A stretch of DNA of 64,000 nt, taken from positions 736,001 through 800,000 of the forward strand of contig OY729428.2 of the NCBI GenBank assembly GCA_963422375.2, given 5' to 3'. This stretch comes from Bryobacterales bacterium. GTDB lineage: Bacteria; Acidobacteriota; Terriglobia; Bryobacterales; UBA6623. Made by a program: the position numbers and the translations under genes. The first letter of the stretch is position 1. The number at the start of each line of letters is the position of its first letter. Below are positions 1 to 10,114 of the stretch, piece after piece. The notes beneath the pieces are model-generated. The model did no database searches and was not told where the DNA came from. It saw nothing but the letters and a program-made list of their open reading frames with translations.

Positions 1-965
1 ACACCGCGGCTGTTGGGCCTGCGCGGTTCGGGCTCCTCCGGGATGGTGAAGGTCTTCCAAACGCGCTCGCCGTTCGACGCGTCGATGGCGGCAACGCTGC
101 CTCGGAACGTGCAGCAGGGATACCTCGGCGAGGCGCCCGTGAACTCCTCGATCGAGCTGATCCCGATGTATAGCCGCCTATCGAAGAGCACGGGCGTGCC
201 CGTGAGCGTCGCGGCCCTGTGAGCGTCCACTTTGGTTCGCCACAGCCCCCGACCGGTCACCGCGTCGACCGCGTAGAGGTTGGCCTTGAAGTCCCCGAAG
301 TACAGCGCCGCCCGCCCTCCGGGCCCGTCGGCGGACAGCGTGATCCCCGTGCGCACTTCGGACCCGGCCTTGAACTCCCACACCTGGCAGCCCGACCTCG
401 CGTCCAAGGCGAACACCCGACCGGTCCTGGAGCCTAGGAACACCCGCCCGCCGGCTACGGCGGGCTGGGCCCTGGCGCGGTCCGAGTCGGCCAGTCCGAA
501 GGCCCAGCGCAGGCGCAGGCCGGGCACCGATTGCGGATCCAAGCGCGCGTGCTCGGCCGGCTGGAACCGCGAGTTGGCAGCCTCGACGCCCCAGCCGATC
601 CAACGGGGCCCGGCGAATGGGTCGGACCAGGGAGCATCGGGGCAACTCGCCCTCGCCCGCCCCGCCGACACTCTGGAGACGCGACCGAGGAAGGAAGCAA
701 CCGCCTCCGCATGCCCGGCGGGCAGCGCCTCTCCGACCTCCGCCATCGAACCGCTCCGCAGCGACTCGAGGATCGCCTCGGGCGCGAGACGGCGCAGCGC
801 GACAAGCGGGGGCGCGCGATTCACCCCGGCCTCGTGGCAGGCGGCGCACGACTCGCGGTAGACCACCCGGCCGTCCGGGGCCGCCGCGTCGGCGACCGCG
901 GCGAGGACGAAGACGGCGGCCGCCAAGCCCGCGCGCGACCCGGCGGTTCTCCCGGCGGCGGACAT
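1..965 (-). CDS. PQQ-dependent dehydrogenase with N-terminal cytochrome c domain (polyvinyl alcohol dehydrogenase-like); 3' end lies outside the window
   Basis: Not in the ORF track. Translated by hand from ATG at 965: signal-like N-terminus, heme motif CAACH, LRWAFG, PQQ propeller repeats (VFALDARSGCQVW, LYAVDAVTGRGLW), vicinal cysteines YPCCTFRGSV. Confidence 0.85.
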   Translation of the reverse strand, partial: MSAAGRTAGSRAGLAAAVFVLAAVADAAAPDGRVVYRESCAACHEAGVNRAPPLVALRRLAPEAILESLRSGSMAEVGEALPAGHAEAVASFLGRVSRVSAGRARASCPDAPWSDPFAGPRWIGWGVEAANSRFQPAEHARLDPQSVPGLRLRWAFGLADSDRARAQPAVAGGRVFLGSRTGRVFALDARSGCQVWEFKAGSEVRTGITLSADGPGGRAALYFGDFKANLYAVDAVTGRGLWRTKVDAHRAATLTGTPVLFDRRLYIGISSIEEFTGASPRYPCCTFRGSVAAIDASNGERVWKTFTIPEEPEPRRPNSRG

Positions 966-1142
966 CGGAATCCCTCGCTTCAACTCGCAGGCCAACTGGC
1001 TGTTCCAGGCCGCGGGTGCGTCCCGCATTGTAAAGGCAACGCCGCGCCCTGCTGCCGGCTGACCGTTCGGGGTTCCCGCTCCGGGCCCGCGGAGATTCCG
1101 CCAGGCGGGGCCCGACCCGCGGTGCTCGGCTATGCTCGCTGC

Positions 1143-1806
1143 GTGGGTAGGGAACTGGCAAGGCGCGTAGCGCGGGCTGCCGACGCGCGCGGGGAGCCCT
1201 TGGAGTGGTTCGAGGATCTCTACAGCAAGGCCCGCGTCGCGGGGACCGGCATCATCCTCTGGGGCGACCGCAGGCCGAATCCGAACCTGGTCCGGTGGCT
1301 CGACCGGGAGCGGGTCGACGGCCGCGGCCGGCGGGCGCTCGTGGTCGGCTGCGGTCTCGGCGACGACGCTCGGGAGCTGCTCCGGAGGGGCTTCGCGGTC
1401 ACGGCGTTCGGCCTCTCGCCCTCGGCGATCGCCACGGCGAGAGAGATTCGCCCGGAGCGCCGTCGAGTTCGTCGAGGCCGACCTGTTCCGCCCGCCGAGC
1501 GTGTGGAGTCGCGGGTTCGACTTCGTCTTCGAGGCGTACACCCTGCAGGTCCTGCCTGCATCGCTGCGGCCTCGCGCGATCCGGGGCGCGACGTCGTTCG
1601 TCGCTCCCGGCGGGACGCTGCTGGTCGTGGCGCGGGCCCGGGACGACGGGGACGGTCCGGGCGAAATGCCCTGGCCGTTGAGCCGGGCGGAGCTCGCGCT
1701 GGCCGAGGACGAGGGTCTCGAGCTGGTCTCGCTCGAGGACTACGTCGACGGCGAGGAGCCTGCGGCTCGAAGGTTCCGGGCGGCCTTCCGCCTCGGCGGG
1801 CCGTAG
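1143..1806 (+). pseudogene. Class I SAM-dependent methyltransferase (TPMT-like), frameshifted near 1440-1460
   Basis: Motif ALVVGCGLGDDA in one frame; VEFVEADLF...FDFVFEAYTLQVLP continues in the 1501..1806 frame; the break lies in a GAGAGAGA run. Confidence 0.75.
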
Positions 1807-1911
1807 GGCCCGGCGCGCGCGTCCGGCAGCGGTCGGGCGCGGCATGCTAGGATTCAGTAAAGGCCTTCCGGACGCTCGGCCCGGGGAGTTTGCGAGCTTG
1901 GGGGGCGACGG

Positions 1912-2058
1912 ATGCCGAAGAGAACATACCAGCCGAATCGACGCAAGAGAGCCAAGAAGCACGGCTTTCGCGTCCGGATGAGGACGCCCGGAGGGAGACG
2001 TGTGCTCGCAGCCCGTCGCGCCAAGGGGCGGAAGCGGCTCACCGTCAGCGACGAGTAG
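1912..2058 (+). CDS. rpmH: 50S ribosomal protein L34
   Basis: Hand translation [48 protein letters not shown]; lies directly upstream of rnpA. Confidence 0.97.
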   Translation: MPKRTYQPNRRKRAKKHGFRVRMRTPGGRRVLAARRAKGRKRLTVSDE

Positions 2059-2437
2059 CGCCGCCGGGATCCAAGGACCTGGGCCGTCGCTAGGATTCCC
2101 GCGCGAGCGTCGCATCCGCAAGCGCAAAGACTTCAGGGCGGTCTATGATGGGGGCTCCCGGCTCGGGTCCAAGCTGTTCATCGTGTTCGCCCGCCGGACC
2201 GACGGAGGCCAGCCCGGTCGGGTGGGCCTGACCGTTACCCGCAAGGTAGGCAATGCCGTGACTCGCAATCGTTGCAAGCGTCTGCTGCGGGAAGCCGTGC
2301 GCAAGCACTGGAGCTTATTGCCCGACGGCGTGGACGTCGTGCTGCACGCCCGGCCCGGGCTCGCAGGCGCGCGCGCCAAGGACGTGGAGTGCGGAATTGT
2401 CCGAACGCTGCCCAGAGCCGTCCGGCGTCTCTTGTGA
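2000..2437 (+). CDS. rnpA: Ribonuclease P protein component
   Basis: RIRKRKDF and [25 protein letters not shown] (RNR motif); synteny. Start is uncertain: GTG 2000 is the only canonical in-frame start. Confidence 0.93.
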   Translation: MCSQPVAPRGGSGSPSATSSAAGIQGPGPSLGFPRERRIRKRKDFRAVYDGGSRLGSKLFIVFARRTDGGQPGRVGLTVTRKVGNAVTRNRCKRLLREAVRKHWSLLPDGVDVVLHARPGLAGARAKDVECGIVRTLPRAVRRLL

Positions 2438-2711
2438 AAGCGGCGCGCCGAGCGACGCGGCCGCGCCCCTGTCCGTTTCGCAGCGCGTCGCGCTGGTCCT
2501 GCTGAGCGCGTACAAGACGGCGCTCTCGCCGCTGCTGATGTCCTGCTGCAAGTTCCATCCGACGTGCTCCGCCTACGCACGGGAGGCGATCGAGCGCCAC
2601 GGCACGGCCCACGGCTCGTTGCTGGCGCTGCGGCGCGTGCTGCGCTGCCGGCCGTTCGCGCCGGGCGGCATCGACCCCGTACCCGAGAATCCCGGCCCAG
2701 CCGATGCCTGA
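2397..2711 (+). CDS. yidD: Membrane protein insertion efficiency factor
   Basis: CKFHPTCSAYAREAIERHG...RVLRCRPFAPGGIDPVP; located between rnpA and yidC. Confidence 0.93.
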   Translation: MSERCPEPSGVSCESGAPSDAAAPLSVSQRVALVLLSAYKTALSPLLMSCCKFHPTCSAYAREAIERHGTAHGSLLALRRVLRCRPFAPGGIDPVPENPGPADA

Positions 2712-4455
2712 TCCCCTCAACGACGACCACTTCATCCAGCGGCGCATGCTCCTAGCGGCGGTGCTTTCCGCCGTAGTCATGGGCGCGTACATCTTCCTCG
2801 CGCCGCGTCCGGAACCCCCGCCCCGCCCCGCCCCGCCAGTCGAGAGCGGGACGGTGCCGGCCGGGGAGGCTTCCCGCGCCGACGGCACGGGAACCGCGCC
2901 GGGCGCCGCAGCGGCGGAACTCGTGACCGAGAGCGTCGCCGCAGTCCGCGCGGTCGAGGCCAGTGCCGAGAGGGTCGTGACGATCGAGACCGATACGTTT
3001 CTCGTCGAGTTCACCAACCGCGGCGCGGCCGTGAGGAGCTGGAAGCTCAAGGCCTTCGAGGACGCCGGAGGCGAGCCCCTCGACTTGGTTCATCAGGAGG
3101 GGGCGGAGCGCTACGGCCGCCCGTTCCGCCTCGTCCGCCCCGGAGGCGAGGAGATCGAGGGGACCGATGACGCGCTGTTTTCCGTGAACTCGGGGCCGGC
3201 GATCCGGCGCGGCTCGGAACGACTGGTCTTCACCTACGCCAAGGACGGCCTCTCCGTCCGCAAGACGTTCGGCTTCGCTGCCGACGGCAACGTGGTGGAG
3301 GTGGAGACGACCGTAGCCGAAGGCGGCCGCCCGCAGCGCCACCTGGTCGCCTGGGGCGGGGGCTTCGGGGACACCGCGCAAGCGGGGAACGCGGCCTCCA
3401 GCCAGACCTTCTTCCTCGATGCGGGCCAAGTCGAGCGCATCGCCGCCTCCGACGCCGAGGACGAGCGCATCGCTCGCGCGGGGCCGTATCCCTTCGTGGG
3501 GATCGAGGACCTATTCTTCGCCGCCGCGGCGATTCCCGAGCCGGGAGAAGTGATCCGCATCGAGACCAGCGCGGTGCAGATCGTGCCGGCCAGCGCGGAT
3601 CCCGGAGAGAGCGCGACTTACGCGGCGGCCGCGTTCGGCGGCGAGCCCCTGAACGCCTTCCGCTTCTACGCCGGCCCCAAGAGCCGCGACGCTCTCTCGT
3701 CGGTCGAGGGCCTGGGAAACTCGTTCCGCCGCATCGTCGATTTCGGCTTCTTCTCGTTCATTGCCGAGCCCCTGTTCGCCATGCTGCGGTGGGTCTACGG
3801 GAACGTGGTCGCCAACTGGGGCTGGAGCATCGTCATCGTCACGGTGCTCATCAACACGATCCTCTTCCCTCTCAAGTACAAGAGCACCAAGTCGATGCGC
3901 AAGATGCAGCAGATCCAGCCCCTCGTAAAGCAGATCAGCAGCAAGTACAAGGGCGTGTCGCTCAGGGATCCCCGCAAGGCCAAGCAGAACGAGGAGCTCC
4001 AGGCGCTCTACAAGAAGTACAAGGTCAATCCGATGGGCGGGTGCCTGCCGATCGTTCTGCAGATGCCCTTCTTCTTCGCCTTCTACAAGCTGCTGACGGT
4101 CGCGATCGAGATGCGCCGAGCGGAGTGGCTGTGGGTCAGCGACCTGTCCAATCCCGAGACGCTCGCCATCCGCGTCCTGCCGATCGCCATGGTAGCGACG
4201 CAGTTCTGGTCCCAGAAACTCACGCCGACGCCGTCCGCAGATCCCATGCAGGCGCGCCTGATGAAATTCATGCCGCTGATGTTCGGGTTCATCTTCTACC
4301 AGTTCCAAGCGGGCTTGGTACTATACTGGCTGACTAGCAACTGCGTTGGCATCGGCCAGCAGCTACTGCTGAACCGTCTGCCCCAGGAGACGCTGGTGCT
4401 GGATTCCGGTCAGCATCGCGGCAAGCGAAGGAGTCGCGGGAAGCAGGGACGTTGA
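2704..4455 (+). CDS. yidC: Membrane protein insertase YidC
   Basis: N-terminal TM, large periplasmic domain, NWGWSIVIVT, NPMGGCLP, GLVLYW. Confidence 0.97.
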   Translation: MPDPLNDDHFIQRRMLLAAVLSAVVMGAYIFLAPRPEPPPRPAPPVESGTVPAGEASRADGTGTAPGAAAAELVTESVAAVRAVEASAERVVTIETDTFLVEFTNRGAAVRSWKLKAFEDAGGEPLDLVHQEGAERYGRPFRLVRPGGEEIEGTDDALFSVNSGPAIRRGSERLVFTYAKDGLSVRKTFGFAADGNVVEVETTVAEGGRPQRHLVAWGGGFGDTAQAGNAASSQTFFLDAGQVERIAASDAEDERIARAGPYPFVGIEDLFFAAAAIPEPGEVIRIETSAVQIVPASADPGESATYAAAAFGGEPLNAFRFYAGPKSRDALSSVEGLGNSFRRIVDFGFFSFIAEPLFAMLRWVYGNVVANWGWSIVIVTVLINTILFPLKYKSTKSMRKMQQIQPLVKQISSKYKGVSLRDPRKAKQNEELQALYKKYKVNPMGGCLPIVLQMPFFFAFYKLLTVAIEMRRAEWLWVSDLSNPETLAIRVLPIAMVATQFWSQKLTPTPSADPMQARLMKFMPLMFGFIFYQFQAGLVLYWLTSNCVGIGQQLLLNRLPQETLVLDSGQHRGKRRSRGKQGR

Positions 4456-4483
4456 GCGAAGGCGCAGCCTAACCGGATCGGCA

Positions 4484-4981
4484 ATGGAAGACCTCGTGTG
4501 GACGGTAGAGGGGCTGAGGCCGAAGGTCGAGGCCTTTCTCAATCCGGTGCTTGACGCCGCCGGACTCGACTTGGACTACGAAGTCTACGCAGTCGAGCGC
4601 GTGGACGAGGCCATCGGGCCGGAGATCGGCGTAGACTTCACGGGGGAGGACGCCGAGCTGCTGTCCCGCCGCCGTAGCGAGCTGCTGCTCGCGCTCGAGC
4701 AGCTGACTCTGGAGGCGCTGCGCGTGCCGCGCCAGGACCGCTACCGGCTGATGTTCGACGTCAACGACCACCGGATGCTGCGCATCGACGAGCTTTGCCT
4801 GAGCGCGAAGGCAGCTGCCGGGCAGGTCAAGCAGACGGGCAGGCGCTTCGAGTTCCGGCCGATGACGTCGCGAGAGCGGCGCATCATCCACCTTGCCCTG
4901 CGGGACGAGACGGAGGTCAGGACAGTCTCCGAAGGCACGCCGCCGCAGCGCTACACGGTGGTCGAGCCGCTCAAGCCCTAG
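4484..4981 (+). CDS. jag: Jag/KhpB-like KH-R3H RNA-binding protein (short form)
   Basis: PMTSRERRIIHLAL R3H motif, SEG...R, position between yidC and mnmE. Confidence 0.85.
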   Translation: MEDLVWTVEGLRPKVEAFLNPVLDAAGLDLDYEVYAVERVDEAIGPEIGVDFTGEDAELLSRRRSELLLALEQLTLEALRVPRQDRYRLMFDVNDHRMLRIDELCLSAKAAAGQVKQTGRRFEFRPMTSRERRIIHLALRDETEVRTVSEGTPPQRYTVVEPLKP

Positions 4982-5029
4982 CGCGCCCCGGCGCGGGGAG
5001 CTGCGGGAGGACGCAGGGAAGCAGAAGCG

Positions 5030-6400
5030 GTGCCGCCGATCCTTCCGATTCCGGCAGGTGCGACCGCCGACACGATCGTGGCCCCGTCCACGCCCGCGGG
5101 ACGGTCCGCCATCGGAATAGTGCGCCTGTCCGGGCCTCGAGCGGGAGAGATCGCGTGCTCGCTCGTGCCGGGCAGGGACCTGCCGCCACGGACCGCGACG
5201 TTGGGCGCGCTGGTCGACGGCAACGGCGGGCTGGTCGACCGAGTGGTAGTCACGCTGTTTCCCGCGCCGGCGAGCTACACCGGCGAGAACGTCGCCGAGA
5301 TTTCGTGCCACGGCTCGCCGCCGGTGCTGCGGTTTGCCGCCGAGCGGTCCCTGGAACTGGGAGCGCGGCTCGCAGAACCGGGCGAGTTCACGCGCCGCGC
5401 GTTCCGAAACGGGCGCATCGACCTCGTGCAGGCGGAGGCGGTCCGCGACTTGATCGACGCGACGACGCTCTACCAAGCGCAAGTCGCGGCCCGACAATCG
5501 GCCGGGGCGCTGTCCAGCAGGCTGCGAGACGCCAAGCGGCGCCTTCTCGAGCTGGTCGCCTTGCTGGAGGCCGGCATCGATTTCGCCGAGGACGACACCG
5601 AGATCGCGGGCGACGACGAGATTCTCGGCAGGCTGGAGCCGGTTCGCGACGTCGTCGGGGCCCTCGCTTCCGGGTTCGCGGTCGGCAAAGTGGTGCGGGG
5701 CGGCCTGAGGCTCGCCATCGTGGGCCGACCGAACGTCGGCAAGTCGAGCCTATTCAACCGGCTGGTGGGCTCGGACCGGGCCATCGTGAACGCCGCCGCC
5801 GGCACCACCCGGGACCTGATCAGCGAGACTGCGTCGTTCGACGGAATCCCGGTCGAGATCGTCGACACCGCGGGAATCCGGGCGGCCGGCGACGCGATCG
5901 AGTCCGAGGGCGTCGATAGGGCCTGGCAGTCCTTGCAGGACGCCGACTGCGCACTCGTCGTGGTGGATCTCTCGGAGGAGCCGGAGGCCTCGGACGACGC
6001 CCTCTGGCGGCGTGTCCGGCGGGTCTGCCCGGCCCTGCTGGTAGGCAACAAGCGCGACCTGCCCGCCCGATGGGACGGCACCGCGCCTCTCGCACGCGTG
6101 TCTGCGAAGACGGGCGAGGGCATCGACGGCCTGCGGGCCAGCATCCGCGAGCAGGCCGTTCCCGGTCTCGACGCGCTGCGCGAAGGGACCTTCGTGACGA
6201 ATATCCGCCAAGAACGCCTCCTGCGCGAGGCGCTGGCCGCTCTCGCCTGCGCGGCCGAGGGCGCGAGGGCGGGCGTGCCCCACGAAATGCTCCTGCTCGA
6301 TCTGTACGAGGCCCTCGGCCCGCTCGACGCGATCACGGGCACCACGACGGTGGACGACATCCTGGAACGGATCTTCTCGTCATTCTGCATCGGCAAGTGA
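5030..6400 (+). CDS. mnmE: tRNA modification GTPase MnmE/TrmE
   Basis: GRPNVGKSS, GTTRD, DTAG, NKRD, C-terminal FCIGK. Confidence 0.97.
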   Translation: MPPILPIPAGATADTIVAPSTPAGRSAIGIVRLSGPRAGEIACSLVPGRDLPPRTATLGALVDGNGGLVDRVVVTLFPAPASYTGENVAEISCHGSPPVLRFAAERSLELGARLAEPGEFTRRAFRNGRIDLVQAEAVRDLIDATTLYQAQVAARQSAGALSSRLRDAKRRLLELVALLEAGIDFAEDDTEIAGDDEILGRLEPVRDVVGALASGFAVGKVVRGGLRLAIVGRPNVGKSSLFNRLVGSDRAIVNAAAGTTRDLISETASFDGIPVEIVDTAGIRAAGDAIESEGVDRAWQSLQDADCALVVVDLSEEPEASDDALWRRVRRVCPALLVGNKRDLPARWDGTAPLARVSAKTGEGIDGLRASIREQAVPGLDALREGTFVTNIRQERLLREALAALACAAEGARAGVPHEMLLLDLYEALGPLDAITGTTTVDDILERIFSSFCIGK

Positions 6401-6615
6401 CGGGCCGGGCGGGGGCGCTGTCAAACGGGCAGACGGACCTTCTATAGTGAGGCGAGGCCTTGGACCCGCGCGCATATTCGCGAGAGCGCCGCCGTGCGCA
6501 GATCTCTGAGCCGGAGCGACCGTGCCTCACTCCCACGCCGCACACGGGCCACCGGGTGGGTCCGAGCGCAACCATGCTGCGGAACGCATCTGGATCGCTC
6601 ACGTGCTCAACGAAT

Positions 6616-8099
6616 GGGAATTATATATCTGAGTGCCGACAACGCCATGTCGGCCTAGAACTGCTGTGAGCAGAGAGGTCGGTGTCGAGCTCGGGTCATT
6701 CGAGTGCGGCCGCGGCGGGCACAGAGGGGTGGGATCGTATCTGAATCGAGCCTGCCAGCGGATTTGACGAGGAACGGACTAGAGAGGCCGCCTCGCCTGC
6801 CCCGGTGGAACCCGATTGGCGGTGGCAGGGCACCCCTTGCAAGCCGATTGCAGGCCCTGCGAGGGGCGAAGACAGCGGATCGCCGGCGCTCGACGGCCGG
6901 CATGGACGGTCCCGGCCGGACTGGGGTCGCACCGGGGCATTCCGGATCCGGTGCGACCCTCGTACCGAGCGTGAAGCGCGCGCCCGCAGCGGGCTGCCGC
7001 GCTCAGCGCGGCGGGCGCCGCTCAGGCCGCGACCGCGGCCTTGCCGGTCAGCTGCGCCGGTCAGCTGCCGGTAGGTCAGCGTCCGGCCGACCAAGCCCCG
7101 CGCTATGCGCCGCATCTGTTCCGCCGTTGTTCCGCCGTGTCGCAGTCGCGGTCGTTGCGCCGTCCCGCGAACTCCGTGAGGTAGCGGCCGAGATGACGGA
7201 CGCTCATCCGGTGATAGGTTCCGTACAGGCCGCGCTTGAACAGGGACCCAAACGATTCGATGCCGTTCGCATGCGCTGCCCCGCGCACGTACTCGCCGCC
7301 GGAGCGCCGGAGTGCCTGACAGCTTCGTGCGGGAACTCCGCCATGCCGGCGTAGGCCGCCGCCTCGTCGGAGCGGACCTGCGCCCCCGGCGCGACGCGGG
7401 CGCGCGCGAAGCCCTGACAGGTCGCCCTTGGCGGTGCCCGGCAGCGGCCGCGCGGCCCCTGCGTTCGCGGCGCGGGCCTTCTTCCTCTCGTGCTTGTTGC
7501 GCTCCTTGCCGCCGACGTAGGTCTCGTCCACCTCCACCGGGCCGGCGAACAGGCCCCGATCCCGCTCCCGGCGCGCGCGGATGCGGTGCGCCAGGTGCCG
7601 GGCCGACTTCCGGCTGATGCCCGGGTCGCGGTGCAGCTTCATGCTCGAGACGCCCTTGATGCCGGTGGTCAGCAGGAACAGGGCGACGGCCCGGGTGCGG
7701 TAGCCGAGCTTGGTGTCGGCCATCACGCTGCCGGTGCGCACCGAAAAGCGCTTGCCGCAGCCGCGGCAACGGTACGGCATCGAAGGGTGGGCCGCGCCGG
7801 ACTGCACGCTGGAGCCGCGGCAGCGGGGGCACGCGGGGCCGTCCGGCCAGCGCATGGCAGCGAACCATCTTTCCGCGGATTCGTCATCGGGGAACATGGC
7901 GATCACTTCGATCAATGTGATGCCTTTACGGAACCACTTTCCGGGACCTTGTTTCTTCATTTACGGTATCACCTACTGGAACTATTCTACCAAGAAACAC
8001 TACAGAATTTCAACGGAAAATCGGAAGAAATATGAAATCTTATTATGGCTTGATAATTTTCCTGCTTGATTCCTTCGGCACTCAGAATATATAATTCCC
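6616..8099 (-). mobile_element. IS1595-family insertion sequence, degenerate
   Basis: Terminal inverted repeats GGGAATTATATATCTGAGTGCCGA (6616-6639) and its complement at 8075-8099 (one indel); encloses an ISXO2-like transposase; the 8-bp flanks do not match. Confidence 0.85.
7050..7960 (-). pseudogene. IS1595-family transposase, frameshifted
   Basis: Zn ribbon CPRC...CRGC, VEVDETYVGGK, HANGIESF, YHRMSVRHLGRYLTEF; the C-terminal LVGRTLTYRQL is in another frame. 3' boundary approximate. Confidence 0.85.
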
Positions 8100-8840
8100 T
8101 TTCCTTGGAAGATTCAATATAGACGCGATTGAGACTTCCGTTGGTCCCATGATACCTTGCAGTGTGAATTGGCGTCCTTTCCATGCTTCATACCATCGAA
8201 GATCCTCTCCAAGGTGTTTCGAAAGAGACTTCTCGAGAACACACGTGACCTCCTGTTTAGACAGACGTTCAATGACCCGCAGAGCCCGTTGATCGCCCCA
8301 CCTAGTGACTCCACATACCAGTCCTTCAATCGATCCAAACTCAGTATGAGTATCGACTTCGTCAGGGCCCAGTCTTCCGTGACGACCCCGAATCGTCGCT
8401 ATCGCTGTTCTCGTGCCGGGAAGACACAACGAAACGACGCGACCGCTCCTGATCGAAATGTCAGTGCGAGCAATGCCGTTCCGGCTCCGTTCGCACATTC
8501 GTTTCAGTGGAATTGAAGCATTCCGACTAAGTCCCTCCGGATAGCTGCCTTGAAGCAAGGACGAAATGTAGCTCTCCGTTTGAAGGACCGTCTGGTCAGC
8601 TAGCTCGGTAATGCATTCGCCCTGTCGCCTCGGGAAGGCGACGGTCCTCACTGTCAGCGGTGGCGAGTTCGTACCAGCGCTTGCTAATCTCCACTCGATC
8701 CTCCAGTGCCCTTGTCTATGATCTTCCACTGACTTGAGCAGTTCGACCAAATCCAGAACTTGGCCCATCGTATCCTCGACAGCGAGGAATTCGGCTTCGG
8801 CCTCGGATGGATGAAGAGTGATCGCAACGGAGATCGCCAT
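8100..8840 (-). pseudogene. Hypothetical protein of lower GC content, 3' end cut by the IS1595 element
   Basis: ORF from ATG 8840 preceded by AAGGGG; visibly more AT-rich than flanks; reading frame runs into the IS terminal repeat at 8099. Confidence 0.55.
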
Positions 8841-9753
8841 GTTCCCCTTGTCACAGCTCCGCGGCGGTCGTACGCGATGCTCGACCGACTGTCGGCTGCT
8901 TGCCCCTACTATACGCACTATACGCGACCTCGCGAAGCCGATCAGCCTTGATTGTCAGCGCATCCCTCGGCAACTTGCTTCATAGCGGATCAACGTGCGA
9001 TCCGCCGGTCTTGGCGAGGGGGGCTCACACCCGCCAAGCCCGACGGAAGGCGATCGTTGGAACTGCGATCCAGTCCCGGCGCAACCTCAGGGCCGCCCAG
9101 CCTCTGCAGTCGCCACCCAGGTTCTGTGCGGGGCAGTTCCGTAGGGAATAGCGTAGTCCTAAGTCCCTGCTGGCGCGGATCCGCACTCCACAGTGCAGAG
9201 GAATGGCATCGAGCGGGGGGACGCTTCCCATCGGACGACGAACGCTCAAGGCCCAGACGCTGGATTGGTAGCGTGAGCGAGCGGTTCGATCTGTCGCTGG
9301 TACGACCGCGCGCGAGCCTAGCAGAGTGCGGGTAGCAGCCGTCGTGCCGACGGAACTGTCGCGAGGCGCGCCGGGCGGCCCCGGAATCCAAGCCTTGCTG
9401 GTGTACCGGCACTCCCGGCAGGGGGTGAGACGTCAGATCTCGAGCCCGCCATCTCGGAAGATTCTCGGCCTTGACATGAGCGAGGGGCGTTGGCGAACCC
9501 TTCCCACCGGGTGCAGGGGTGCCTCGGGGAGCCACGGCCCGCCGTTTCAGCTAAACGGACGCCGCTTTCGGCCAACCGAGGGCCTGTGAGCTCAATCCGG
9601 GCACCGAAACACGCCCGAAGGGCGGATTCGGCCAAGCTGACCGGCGCCGTGCAGGGCGCGCCGTACTGGCGGACCCGCTCGAACATCCGCCGAGCCCATG
9701 GGGTCCGCTCCAGAAGAGACGTGTAGCCGACCCTGACGGCTCGGAGATCGGGT

Positions 9754-9785
9754 TTGACACCGCACCTCCCCGGCGCACCTATAAT
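9754..9785 (+). promoter_or_regulatory. Sigma70-type promoter for purS and the glmS-like gene
   Basis: TTGACA at 9754-9759 and TATAAT at 9780-9785. The 20-nt spacer is longer than canonical; the -10 lies 5 nt before TTG 9791. Confidence 0.55.
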
Positions 9786-9790
9786 GTGGC

Positions 9791-10114
9791 TTGCAAGCAA
9801 TCATCCGGGTCGCGCTCAAGAAAACCGTGCTCGACGTTCAAGGCCGAGCGATCACGAAGGCGCTGCAGGGCCACGGCCACGAAGAGGTCCTAGGCGTCCG
9901 GCAGGGCAAGTTCTTCGAGATCGAACTCGCCGACGGCATGCGCCCCGAGACCGCGCGGGCCAGCCTCGAGCGGCTGGCCGCGGACGTGCTGTCGAACCCG
10001 GTGATCGAGGACTACGAGGTCGCGCTGCTGGACGTGGCCGAGGGAAAGGGTCGCGAGCAATGGCGGGAATCGTGGGATACGTCGGAGCCAGGCAAGCGGA
10101 CTCGATCCTCCTAG
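9791..10114 (+). CDS. purS: Phosphoribosylformylglycinamidine synthase subunit PurS
   Basis: LKKTVLDVQGRAI...VRQGKFFEI...LSNPVIEDY signature; the C-terminal extension overlaps the next gene. Confidence 0.9.
   Translation: MQAIIRVALKKTVLDVQGRAITKALQGHGHEEVLGVRQGKFFEIELADGMRPETARASLERLAADVLSNPVIEDYEVALLDVAEGKGREQWRESWDTSEPGKRTRSS

Noticed and set aside
1430..1470. Programmed frameshift in the methyltransferase
   Set aside because: No canonical slippery heptamer, and the motif Asp appears mutated too (TAFGLS), so decay or sequencing error is more likely.
9754..10059. N-terminal extension of the GlmS-like protein (716-aa call) or a PurS-GlmS fusion
   Set aside because: The TTG at 9754 is the -35 box, the extension is the off-frame reading of purS, and GlmS homology begins at ATG 10060.
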